A stretch of DNA of 64,000 bases from Eledone cirrhosa (lineage: Eukaryota). Below the pieces are notes generated by a model. It did no database searches and was not told the DNA's origin. It saw only the letters and a program-made list of their open reading frames with translations. A program made the position numbers and the translations under genes. Position 1 is the stretch's first letter, and each line of letters starts with the position of its first letter. Positions 1-11,666 of the stretch are shown here, one piece after another. The stretch covers positions 102,300,001 through 102,364,000 of the forward strand of contig OZ024740.1 in assembly GCA_964016885.1 (NCBI GenBank), given 5' to 3'.

Positions 1-1554
1 GTTAAGGATGCACAAATATTACATATTCTTATTTTTCGAAACCCCATCCCAACATATTTGGTCAACTTAGTCAAATTAGTAACCAAATCTCCCTCAAATT
101 TCACCCTATTCTTTTTTTAAATAAAAAAGGATAAATTAGACAATGAAATTCCTGCTATGAAATATAACAAATGGGAGGAAGGGCAGTGTCCATAACCCAT
201 CTCTCAATGCTTCCAGTTATGTTCCAAATGCATAGAATAATGTAGATTCTGTTAGTAGCACCCTTGAACTAGGTGGTGTTGTTAATCTAGGCACTGGTTT
301 ATACCTTGCCCAAACCGTATCTGCTTAAATTAGGATTGATCAAGTACTAAATGACAAAAACCAACTAAATCACTTTCCTTTTTCCACACTGTAATGATGT
401 ATTTTGGTCACTTGTTGTTGTGTGTTTCAACTGGACTCTTAAGTCCTGAGAGACAACTTCTCTATTGCTGGTGCCATGATAAAATATACCCAGTCCCAAG
501 GGCCTTGTTTCAGTGGGGTACCCACTTTTTCAAACATCTATATTTTATTTTTTGCTTATTTGATATAATAAATTCTTTTTAAGCTTATTTTTTTTATATC
601 TGAACATCATTTGAATATGTAAAATTTAATTAGCATAAAATTTTACTTATGTGATAGGGTCCGGGAAAGGCACTATAAGCAATTTATGCTCCTTTAAGAA
701 TCAGCAAATGTTGGTTTGTCCCCCTCACATTTTAAAGGCAAACGAGGCCCCTGCCCAGTCCACACTTTAAAGTGGTTGGTGACAGGAAGGTCATTCAGCT
801 AAGAAGATTATCCAGCTGCAAAAAAAAAAAACACTACAACATAAAGAATTCCTCACATTATATGTATACTGAAACCATTGAAAAAAAGAAATGAAACTTA
901 TAGGTCCCACCAATACAGGTTTAGCTGGTCTTCTATGTGGTAGCATCTCACAAGATTCTCAAGTGTTTTAATGGTTGAGTCCCCAGTCCCACCATGAAAA
1001 GAAACATGAAATACTTAAACCTATGACCTTATGATCATGAGTCCAACACTTTAACTAAGGAAGGGGTTCTCAGCCATTTTTGCATCATTGCTCACTTTCA
1101 CATGAAAATGAAAATATTTTCCACTGCCCACCTGTATGGTAAATATTCAAAAGCATGCCAAAAATATTTGATAAAGGTTTGTTACTGGTTTGTTATTCCC
1201 ATTTAGTTTCCTTTTTTTTTTATATATACAGGTTCTTTGCATATCTCCTTTGAATATTTTTTTCAGGTAGCATATGCTGAAATACCTTCTTAGTACTCAA
1301 AATCCCATATCATCCATCGATATTTTTAATCACCCACCATTTTCTGTTCAGTTGTTCATCGCCCACCCAGCAGTTGAAATCACCTGCCAGTAGCAATATT
1401 GCCCAGGTTTGGAAACCACTAGGTCACAAGCTTTCACACTATAACCATGTGTACCATGTCTCTCTCTCTCTTTCAGAGATTTCACTGACAACTCACATCA
1501 TCCCTATCATTCCACTCACACATATTTCCATAACACCTCACTCTTCACACAAAC

Positions 1555-1673
1555 ACATATATATATATACACACACATTCAGCTACTCACACACACACTT
1601 AAAAACATATACATACACACACATACATGCGTACATACATACATACATATACACACACACATACACACACCCT

Positions 1674-1710
<37 letters not shown>

Positions 1711-1853
1711 ACATACATACATACATACATACATACATACATACATACATACATACATACATACATACATACATACATACATACACACCCATAAATATAC
1801 ATACAGAAACATATCCATATACATACAAACACGCACACACACATATACACACA
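1555..1853. repeat. compound (TACA)n/(CA)n microsatellite
   Basis: Direct reading. It explains the HTYIHT/MYVC low-complexity ORFs here. Confidence 0.95.
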
Positions 1854-2026
1854 TGAACAGCTTCTGCTATCTCTAATTCCTTGACTATTTCTTCACTTCA
1901 CACTGGAATCTGTATCGTTTCTTACATATCTTCTCCCATTCCACTTGTAGCCTTTGCAGGGTCTTTAGCCTATTTCCCTATTCAGCTACTCATATTTCAC
2001 TCACTGCAGAGCTTAACACTTCATTT

Positions 2027-2027
<1 letters not shown>

Positions 2028-2083
<56 letters not shown>
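2028..2083. repeat. (CA)n microsatellite
   Basis: Perfect CA run. Confidence 0.95.
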
Positions 2084-2085
<2 letters not shown>

Positions 2086-4132
2086 CAACCTAAAAAAGTA
2101 TCTATCACTTATTGTTATTTGGCCCCATGTCAGCCCTAATTCAGCAGACCTGCGATCAAAGGCTTTCCATAAGTGACCATCTTGTCATGGATCCCTAGAC
2201 CACATAATCCAATGTCTGCATCACAGCTATTGTTTGAGGAAATTTGGCTGCTTTTTCTAGCAGCCTGAATCATCAAACAGAGGTTCATTCATAGTCACTC
2301 ACATGTCAAAAAAAATTCATAAATAAAGAGAAAGCTGCCTTTCTCTAAACATGTTATGTGTTAATAAAGTGAAACTACTATTGCTGACTACCAATGTCTA
2401 GCTCTAATGCCTAACTCTTAATGTTCTGTACCACATGAAAATGCATTAATAAGACGTTCTCAAAAAGTATGAAACAACTATGTCTGCATCACATTAAAAA
2501 TTTAAAGTTTTACCTCTGTTTTACTTCACATTAATTTCACAAGGATTTGTCCACTACTAAAAGATACTATAAACATTTGAATTAACAAACCTCCTTTTCT
2601 GCTAAATTATTACAGAATTAAACTTAATTAACACTCACACATACACAAAACTGTTTTTAACATAATCACATTAAAAAATAAAGCCCTTACTATTCCCAAC
2701 TATCTGTTCTCTAATAAATATACTATAAATATATGAATCAACAAACCTACTTTTAAATATTTCTGCTAAATTATTGCTGGGTGTTAAAAGTTAAAACTTA
2801 CTAACAAGGAAATCTTTATGTCAGTGGTTCCCAAACTGAGGTAAATTTGTCTCTAATAGATAAATTTAATGAGTCTAGATTTGTGCATACTATTTATCAA
2901 TTTTTAAAATATAATTAAAACAATCTAAAGTTTAGTTTATTAACCCTTTTGTTACCAATCTGGTCAAAACTGGCTCTGGTTCTATGAAATTATTCCACCC
3001 ATTTTAAAGGTTTCCAATTTAAATTTAAATTTTCCAACATAATTTTATATAAGAACCTTACATTAAGTTAATATCTTAGTAATGAAATAATTAATAATTT
3101 TAGTAAATCCGTCAAAATTCTTCATTAATTAATTGAAATAGTGTGTTTCATTAGAAATATGATCATGAAAGAGTTAAAATATTAATTTGATTTTTTTTCT
3201 ACTGTTTTCAATTCAACAATCTGTATTTTATACTTCTTAGTTACTAGTACTGGTACCTGTTCATCATTAATTGTTATTTTAACCTAAAATAATATTGTTA
3301 AAAACAGTATTTTAAAATCTACCCAATATCAGTTACTGTAGTTTGCTTGTGATATTTTTTAAAACAAAATCATGGCTTTCACCATAAACTAAAACAAATT
3401 AAAGACCATTACATACCACTGTACTATAGACATACCATTTGAGAACCACGTGGCAGTTTTTATATGGTCACTTGACTTACTAGAAAAATTGTATCCAAAT
3501 CTACCTCAAATAAAACCTCACTATCTTAATCCTTTCATGACCTTATTTCCTATGAAATACATTGAGTATGTTTTAATTAATTTTGAAAATTATCGAGAAT
3601 TTTGAGGGATGTTTAGAACATTAAAATTATTTAGATAAAATTATGATGGAAGGTTTTAATCTTGATATGATATGAACACTTTAAAATGAGCAGTTTTATC
3701 ACAGAACCATGGGTGGTTTCAGGCAGGGTGATATCAGTAGAATTAAACAAGGAAGATAATGTAGAGCTAGACTCACTGGAAAAATATTGGGATGGTTGTG
3801 GTTGATCAAATCTTTGAACAATGATTTGATTATTCACAGTTGACCTGGGGTTAAACAACAACCATTTGTGTGAGACAACTAGCATATTTAAACCTTTTAG
3901 GCCACAGGCATCTTGAACATTTTATTGAGAATGATTTGTAAAACTTATTACTACTTTGTCATACAAATGCACCAGAGTATTTAGTCATCTGTTAAGTCAC
4001 AACAAGAACCTCAGACAGATAATACTTTCTTCAAAATGTACGCTGTACCCAGCAAGGCTGATTTTTGTATGACACCAATTTTGCATGCAAAATTGGGGTC
4101 ATACAAAAAATTGAAGTTTCAATGGGATTAAC

Positions 4133-4171
<39 letters not shown>

Positions 4172-4350
4172 GTTGGCAGTATCAGTTGGGTGTTGGACAA
4201 CACGCTTCGTGGCATAGAGTTATGGCCGTTCACCTTCTGAGTTCTAATTCCTCCAAGGTTAGCTTGGCTTTCGTTGCGGGATCGATAAAATAAAGCACCA
4301 GTAATGCACTGGGATAATTGCTGGCCTTGTGCCAAAAGTAGAAGAAACAT
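4172..4350 (+). mobile_element. diverged copy of the (ATT)n-tailed SINE family, next to a (CTA)n repeat
   Basis: ttggcagtatc...ttctgagttc...gataaaataaagcaccagtaatgcactgg...ggccttgtgccaaaagtagaa matches the copies at 6593, 28771 and 59104. Confidence 0.85.
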
Positions 4351-5389
4351 TATTACTATTATTGAAAACAGTTTTTTATATTTTTTCTCTTTCATCTTTT
4401 ACAGGTGAATTTCTTCTGTTTGGGGTTTGAATGGTTTCTTTTTCTCATCCAATCTTGGTAGAAGTACCAAAATCATTCCATTCATCATTGGTAAGAGATT
4501 ATTCTTAACATTTCTACGTTTTTCTTTAGTTTTTTTCTTTTCTTTTTTATAAAATAATAAAATACCCAGCCCACTCTGTACGATGGTAATGCTGGTGCCC
4601 TGATAAAAAAACACCTAGTTCACACTATTAGGTGATAGTGTTGCTCCCAGTACATGCTGTAAAGTGGTTGGCATTAGGAAACTAGGTCAAAATTGGAACA
4701 TATGAGCAGGACATTACCTCCTAGACAGTGTAGTCTAAGAGTATGTTAACCCTTCTAATCCATGTAAGCATGGAAAATAGAGTTTAAACAGTAATGGTGA
4801 TAATGACTTATGTTCTTGTATGTATTACGTCTCTGTTTTTACTTGAATTCAAATTTCATGAGGGGGTCAACAGTTTTTCTTTACTTTAGGGTCAGTAAAA
4901 TTACAAAAATATACTGGGTTTGGTACAGTTAACTACTTTACTGTTATTGTGTGTGGCAGAGGATATTATTACAATTAGTGACCATAACCAGTAGAGCCAT
5001 ACAAATTGTTTGTTGCATTTAATTACATCATTTTATGTTCTGAGTTCAAATCTTAACTGTGCTGATTGGTATCACTAGGTTTGGTACCTATGGAGCCAGT
5101 TCCTGATGAAGAGCTTTAGAAGCCCTAAGCACTGAAAAGATTGTGGTACCCCATATTTTGTATACAGGAAAAACTCATATACTGTACTGGGAAAAACTAT
5201 ATTGTCCCTCAGTATGTGCTTATTTTGCTTAATTGTTAAACCAGAGCTGCTGGAGCTGGACAGCTGTGGTTGAGCTCACCACTGATATAAAATATTGTGC
5301 CATGTGATATGTGCAACACAATCACCTCTACCAAACAAACTTTTTTATGTATTTTGCAAAGTTGTAATGCTGGGACTGATTTCAATTGT

Positions 5390-6560
5390 ATCAAGTTGTT
5401 GGTACCACACTTGTTTTCATATTCCACATTCTCTTGACATCTATTCTGTACTCTGCATAATTTACAATTTTCTTGTGTTCTTTACCATTAATATGGTGAT
5501 CTCTAGAGCAGCCTACATTAGCAAACACTTCCTTACACCTTCCTCCACCAAAGTTATGTCTTGTCTTGTATTTTCAAGAACTCTATCTATCTGGATTGTA
5601 AAGTTCCACAAGAGGTCCCCACTCTGATTTATTAGGACCTTTAGTGGTTTGTGTTGATGCCATTTCTCCGTAGTTAAGAACCTATATTTCAGGATGCCTT
5701 TTATAATTCCTCTGTACAAGCATGTTACAGGCACTCACTTTCTACCTTCTTACAGGCACTCACTTTCCACGTATTTGTTTCACATAAGCTATACATATTT
5801 CTTATCTCATTTGCTTGATCTTAAGCAACTATTGATAAACTCCTCTGTATCTCTCTTTTGTCAATCAATTCTATGAAGATTCTGATTTCACTTCCTTCAT
5901 TTCTTTTTCAAATTGACCATGTAATTCCATGCTCTCCCTCAGCTAGCAGCCTCTGTTTGTAGGTTTCTTTACTTTCAGCAACATACCTTAAAAGTTCTCT
6001 ACTACTGGCCAAATACAAATCTAATGATCTGCATTCACTAACCATACAATCTTTCACACTTACAAGTTCTTGTCCTCCTATGTTCTTCAGTACAGTGTGT
6101 ATAGATTTATAATATTTGTTATAAGGCTATACACACGTTCATGTTAGCCTATCCAACTTCTCTATTTCTTCATTGGTCGAATTCAAAATAGCCACACTAT
6201 ACCTAATAACTGGCACAGCCCCAACATTGATAGCAGTAATCATGTTCTTCCCATTCAATTTCATTTTCAGTAGCAGTTATAAACTATTTAGATAGATTTC
6301 CTTCACATTTCCTTTCATATTCTCATTTAGAATTTTGTCCTGCTTTAAAATGCCAAGATATTTGTACCCACTACTATGTACATGCTTACCTCCCTTCTTA
6401 CTCAGGGTAGCACACTTTGCAATACCAACCTCCATCTTTACAGCAACAGTTCTAACCAGAAACACAACTTGAATCATTCCTGCCAAAGAGCTTTAGATCA
6501 TCCATGGGTGGAGAATATTTTTATGAAGTTTTCCTTCGATATCTAAAATGTTTTTAAGTG
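5390..6560 (-). mobile_element. degraded R4/Dong-type (RLE-encoding) non-LTR retrotransposon fragment
   Basis: Minus-strand peptides KWHQHKPLKVLINQSGDLLWNFTIQIDRVLENTRQDITLV (RLE region) and YKYLGIL (RT C-terminus) are homologous to the 8711-9160 ORF. Confidence 0.7.
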
Positions 6561-6592
6561 TTGTTTAGAGTATATTATTATTTATAATTCTT

Positions 6593-6796
6593 GCGGTGGA
6601 TTGGCAGTATCGGTAGAGGGTCGGACGCCATGCTTTGATGCATAGAGTTACGGCCCTTGCCATTCTGAGTTCAAATCCCGCCGAGGTTAACTTTGCCTTT
6701 CATCTTTACGGGGTCGATAAAATAAAGTACCAGTAATGCACTGGGTAATTGCTGGCCTTGTGCCAAAAGTAGAAACAATTATTATTTATAATTCTT
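6593..6796 (+). mobile_element. ~185-bp SINE (tRNA-like head, ATT tail) flanked by a 19-bp direct repeat
   Basis: A-box-like TGGCAGTATCGG and B-box-like GAGTTCAAATCC. attattatttataattctt occurs at 6574-6592 and 6778-6796. Near-identical copies occur elsewhere in the window. Confidence 0.9.
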
Positions 6797-8510
6797 TTGC
6801 TCTGGCAGATGTTATACCGACACTATACCAAAATGAGTGAGCAATGGCCAAAGGTCCTTTGGGTCATTCCTTCTGCTTCAACTTTCTAACGCCCTCTTTA
6901 GAATCCTTGTTGTTCCTAGCAAGGCTGTTTTCTGCAACAATCCTGTCCTGATGGTAATTCCTAGCTTCTCAAGCCATGCATGGCATTCCTACAATTCAGA
7001 TGTGATATTAGTATTTTTCTCACTCTCCTTATGTATTTAGATCTTATCATCTTCATTTTATTGTCCTCGATGTTATCTGCTTCTAGAAGACCCAATACCT
7101 ACATCCTTCTTCAGTGTCAATCACCTTTATCACCTCACCCGTTGGTATCTCGATGACTTTCCTTATCTTCAATTTACCCCTCCTCGCTAGGACTCCACAC
7201 ATATTAGTACCAAATTCCATTCATATAACATTGCTGAAAATACGAATAGTGTTAGCAAGTACATCCAAATCCTTTTCATTCTTCCTGAAGTGTTTTAGGT
7301 TTCCATGAAGAGGAGGTTTTTCATGGTAAGCTCTCCTCTTCCCAGTTTGTATCCTGCTTTTAATTTTTATAATATGAGGGACAAGGGTATGAGGCTAAGG
7401 ACAAACAATAAAGGAGACTATCTCCTTACAAGATGCCTCTCTTGATCTTCACTCCTCCCAAGGATTCTCCACCAGATGTTAGCTGTCTCCTAGGTCTTCG
7501 TGCAGTCTAGTGTTGTCTGCAATGTTGAAGATTTCTAGGCACTTGATTATCCAAGAATGAGGAACAATGTCAAATGCCTTCTTGTAATCCATCCATCCCA
7601 TACCAAGACCAGTATGCCTCCTCTTTCAGTTCCTTATTATCACCTTGTCAATAAAGGTCTTTTGTACCACAGGACTTCTTTCAGTATCATTTCTGTCCCT
7701 CCGTCAAAAAGTTGTTTTTTTCGAGGTGGTGGTAGATTTCCTCAGACATAATGCTTATTAGCAATTTCCACATAAAGGACAAATGTGTGATAGGCCTATA
7801 GTTGGTAATGCCATTTCCCTTAACTTGGTCTTTCATTATTAGAACCATGATACCTTTTGTTAACCACAGCGGTTACTTCACCTGACAGTCATTGAACATA
7901 GCTACCAGTATCAAGTGGCGAGACGTTATATTTTTAGTCCACTATCCTTGCCTGGTGATTTCCAGTTGGTTAATTTATTGGCCTGCTTTTTAAGGTTTTC
8001 GGCCAAGATACTCAAATCAAGTTGTTGATGTGCTTGTTCATTAACCTACTTTTTAACATCTCAGTCCATTCTGCCCAATTGTTATGCTCAACATCCTACT
8101 CGCAAATCCCTCTCCAAAATGTGTTGGTCTGCTCAGTTTCAGATAGCATCGTTGCCTCTTTCTTTCCCTTCTAGCTGAATAAATATCATTTTTTGGTTGT
8201 TGAAAATGCGATTTTGTCTATACTGGTTAATTCTGCTCTCATATCTTCTGTTTTTTGCACTTTTGACTATGACACATTGTTTCAATTCCTCCATTTAGCC
8301 CTTTTCTCTTGGTGTTGTATTTCCTTGTCAATTTGTGTTTTTCCTCTTCTTTTAATTTTGTTTCCATATCTTGCTGAGTGTCTTCTTGACACCTAAAGCA
8401 GAGTAACTCACTGCATACATTGATAAGCCACACAAATAAACACACCAGATTGTTCATGTCATTCACTTTACATAGTTACAAGTAAATCATTTGCTTTATA
8501 CATGTGTGGA
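6797..8510 (-). mobile_element. degraded, internally deleted R4/Dong-type LINE
   Basis: Minus strand gives C-terminal LLQKTALLGTTRILKR, RT remnants and a 3' end running into (TAA)n. Confidence 0.7.
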
Positions 8511-8540
8511 TTATCTGTTTTAAATTATTATTATTATTAT

Positions 8541-9297
8541 TGTTCTTTGAGTCTCAGTCATTGATGTTATTTAACTGGAAAGTTTGTTGAAATGAATATC
8601 AAGCCGCTACCTGCAGCCTCAGATATTCAGGACATATCGGAGGGTTCTTGCTGTTCCCAGCAAGCATGCCTTTTGAAGTGTTCCAAAAAGCGGGGCTGGA
8701 CTAATCTTCTTTAACCATCGTTGGAAACTCTTTGAGTTGTACCTAGTGCACCTATGACAATCGAGACGACCTTGATTTCATGACAGTTCCAAATCCTATT
8801 TAACTCCCACTTTAACTCCTGGTATCGGTTAATTTTCTCCCTCTCCTTTTCTTGCACTCTCGTGTCAAATGGGCAGGCTACATCTACAATCAGGCACAAT
8901 CTTTTTTCCTTGTCCAAAACCACCAGGTCAGGCCTATTGTCTTCTAATTTCTTGTCCGGCTGTATCCTAAAATCCCATAGCACCTTCACCTGATCGCTTT
9001 CTATCACCGACTCTGGCTTATGCTCATACCACTTCTCAGAATGTGGTAAATTGTTTACTTTGCATAGATGCCAGTGGATCACACTGCCTATCACATCATG
9101 TCTCCAGCCTTTATAGTGAGTCTGGGCTAGGTGTTTACACACAGATACAATGTGAGCCACAGTCTCCTCTCTCTCTCTCCACAGATCCTACACAGTGAGC
9201 TAGCCTCCTCCTTGTTAATATGGTGTTTCACCCACTTCGTTCTGAGGGCTTGCTCTTGCACAGCCATTAGCATTCCTTCTGTAGCTTTTTTAAGGTC
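8541..9297 (-). mobile_element. 3' portion of an R4/Dong-type LINE (zinc knuckle + restriction-like endonuclease)
   Basis: CRICG..ETVAHIVSVC knuckle; RHD..WDFRIQPD..NRPDLVV..IVDVACP..KINRY..IVIGALG (PD-(D/E)xK RLE); C-terminal LQKACLLGTARTLR; (TAA)n tail at 8524-8540. Confidence 0.85.
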
Positions 9298-9315
9298 TTA
9301 TTATTATTATTATTA

Positions 9316-9378
9316 AAGTACCAGTAATACACTAGAATAATTGCTGGCCTTGTGCCTAAAGTAGAAACAATTATTATT
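9316..9378 (+). mobile_element. 5'-truncated (ATT)n-tailed SINE fragment
   Basis: aaagtaccagtaatacactag...ggccttgtgcctaaagtagaaacaattattatt. Confidence 0.85.
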
Positions 9379-9654
9379 GTTGGTGAAGCCTCGCTTCTTA
9401 TCGCCTCCAGTTTTTTTCACGTTTTACCTCGTTTTCAACCGTTCTAAACCTTTTATTCAAGTTTTAAATTTGATAAAAGTTTAGAAGAAGAGACCTACCT
9501 AATACAGGGGTTCACTCATAAATAATACGGCACCCCTTTACGGAGTGTCGTATTTGTGTAAAAATATTTCTTGAAAAAAATTTTAACATCGATAACACAA
9601 GAAAGAGAGAGAGAGCGCTATCAGACAACACAGAGAGAGGAAGACTTTCTCAGC

Positions 9655-11634
9655 ATGTCAACAAGACTGCGTTCCAGCGGAGGTAAATAAATATAAACGA
9701 AAATATTACAAAGGAAAAGAAGATTGTTACAGATTTAAGATTTCCAAATATTTCAAACACAAACAACACCAACAACAACACCATCAATAACAACAGCAAC
9801 AACAAAAATAACAGCGGTAAAGTCGATAACGACAATAACAAAAATAACAGCGGTAAGGCCGAGAACGACAATAACAATGGCAATAACAACAGTCACAACA
9901 ACAACAATAATAGTAGGAACAGTATCAACAAAAACAACAATAATAACAACAGCCACAATAACAGTAACAACAGCAACAGTATCAACGAAAACAACAACAC
10001 TAACACCAACAACTGTACCAACGAAAACATCAACAATGACATCGATACCTGTAACAGCGACCTCAGCACCAGTAGCGGCAGCAATAGTGGTGCTGCTGAA
10101 AAAGGGACCACTTCTTTTGCAGGTGTCGCCCAAAATATCGAGACAGTGTTAGTCACAGAGGAGGAGATGGCAGTCGCAAGGGCCAAAATCACCAATAGAG
10201 TCGCCCTGAAACCTCCACCCGATTTTTTCAAGGACCAGCAGCTACGGAGGGTGACTTACCACACCGTAAGCAAAATGTCACATGGTGGAGAGAGCCACGG
10301 AGGATCAAATCCAAAAGGCCTTGGGGTGCGTTGGGGCATGCAAAACCCACATCACCCGAGGCAGAAAGTATGCCACAGTAGACGTACTTTTCGCCACCCC
10401 CCAGGAAGCGAAGTCTCACTCTTTGGAAACCCTAAAGAGTGAGGAGATAGTCTTGGTGCCCTCCTACTGCGGGCAGAAAATTGTGAGGGTCAAAGTGACC
10501 CAGGTCCCACCCGACGTGCCCATACCTTGGCTGGCCGCGTCTGTCCTTGCTGGAATTGAGAACAGAGCGACCATGCTGCAAGTAGAGAAAATAGGGAGAG
10601 AGAATTGGTCAGGTATAGGCATGCAAATGCTTATACAAACTGACCAGGAGTGTATCAACGCTATCCCCGATATCATTGACATCGAGGAAGGACTCAAACT
10701 CCCTATAAGCGTAGAAGGAAGACGGCCAAAATGTTATCTCTGTGGGTCAAAGGGTCACCTCAGGGCCTTTTGCCCACAGAAGACAGTGAAGAAGAAGGCC
10801 CCTCTCCTTCCAATACCTGGTCTGCTGCTACCAAGAGCAGGGCAGGCAACAAACGCAGAAGCCCCTTCCACGGTGAGTAGGAGGGCAACGTCCGTAGCAC
10901 CTGTACCAAGGCCACGGACAACTAAAGCAGCAGTATCAGTGGCGGCAACACCAATAGCTACATTTGAAGTAGCTACACCAGCAACAAAATTGCCGAAGAG
11001 GGCTCCACTACCACCACCAACAGCCGTGGAGCACATACCAGACGCCACAGAATCCGACATGAAGCCTGAGGCGGGAGTGAAGTGGCAAACGGTCTGCCAC
11101 AAAAAACAAAAAAAACAAAAAAACCCTTAGATTCACCCCCCAAAAGCGAAAGCACACAAAGAGGGGTAAAGGCAGCAAGGAAACTTGCAGCAACACCACC
11201 ACCATCACCATCACCACCACAAGCACCACCGCCAACAACAACCACACCACCACCAGCATCACCAAAAACACCAATGACGCAAACAAAACAAAACACACAC
11301 ACCAAACAGCAACAAAATCACCCCTCCCCCCAAAAAGTACACAGCCATAAACATGGCAAAAAAAGAACTCATACAATATATAAAGCAGGACACAGACATC
11401 ACAGAAAAAAACTACTACACCCCACCAACACCAAGAACTCTCCCGACAAACATAAGCATCATTGAAATCTCAATAGAACAGTACAAACCTTTAAAACAAA
11501 AATTCCCCAACGCAGTTGGAGACTTCAGAGGGTCGGTTACCAAGAGGATATACACTGACATTATCTTGAAAACACCCATGACCAGCCAAAGGGATGGTTC
11601 TACTGTCCCTTCACCACACGATCAAGGTAAGTGA
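9655..11634 (+). pseudogene. Tx1 copy A ORF1 (Asn-rich N-terminus, RRM-like region, CCHC knuckle, Pro-rich linker, C-terminal domain), frameshifted
   Basis: Stitched from several frames: ATG 9655, poly-Asn, SFAGVA, KYATVDVLF, CYLCGSKGHLRAFC, WQTVCHKK. Collinear with copy B ORF1. Confidence 0.75.
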
Positions 11635-11666
11635 CCCTTTCTCACTTGCCTCATTTCTCATCCAAC

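Noticed and set aside
1374-2093. His/Thr/Tyr-rich and MYVC-repeat ORFs (also 47505-47914, 40353-40592)
   Set aside because: Translations of CA/TACA microsatellites.
5095-5150. CTGATGA...GAAA hammerhead-like core with a plausible stem II
   Set aside because: No NUH triplet with compatible stems I and III could be built; same for CTGATGA at ~23926, ~51638 and ~62561.
6593-6700. tRNA gene
   Set aside because: A/B-box-like motifs only, no cloverleaf, multi-copy with tail and TSD: a SINE head.
9650-10231. Hydrophobic Leu/Val-rich minus-strand ORFs and the Thr-rich ORF 9877-10152
   Set aside because: Alternative frames of the AAC-rich tract of Tx1 ORF1; only the Asn frame links to motifs shared with copy B.
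11095-11135. Programmed -1 frameshift in ORF1, since both copies shift near the Lys-rich A-run
   Set aside because: The shift is before SPPK in copy A and after it in copy B, and both are in A homopolymers; more likely decay or sequencing indels.
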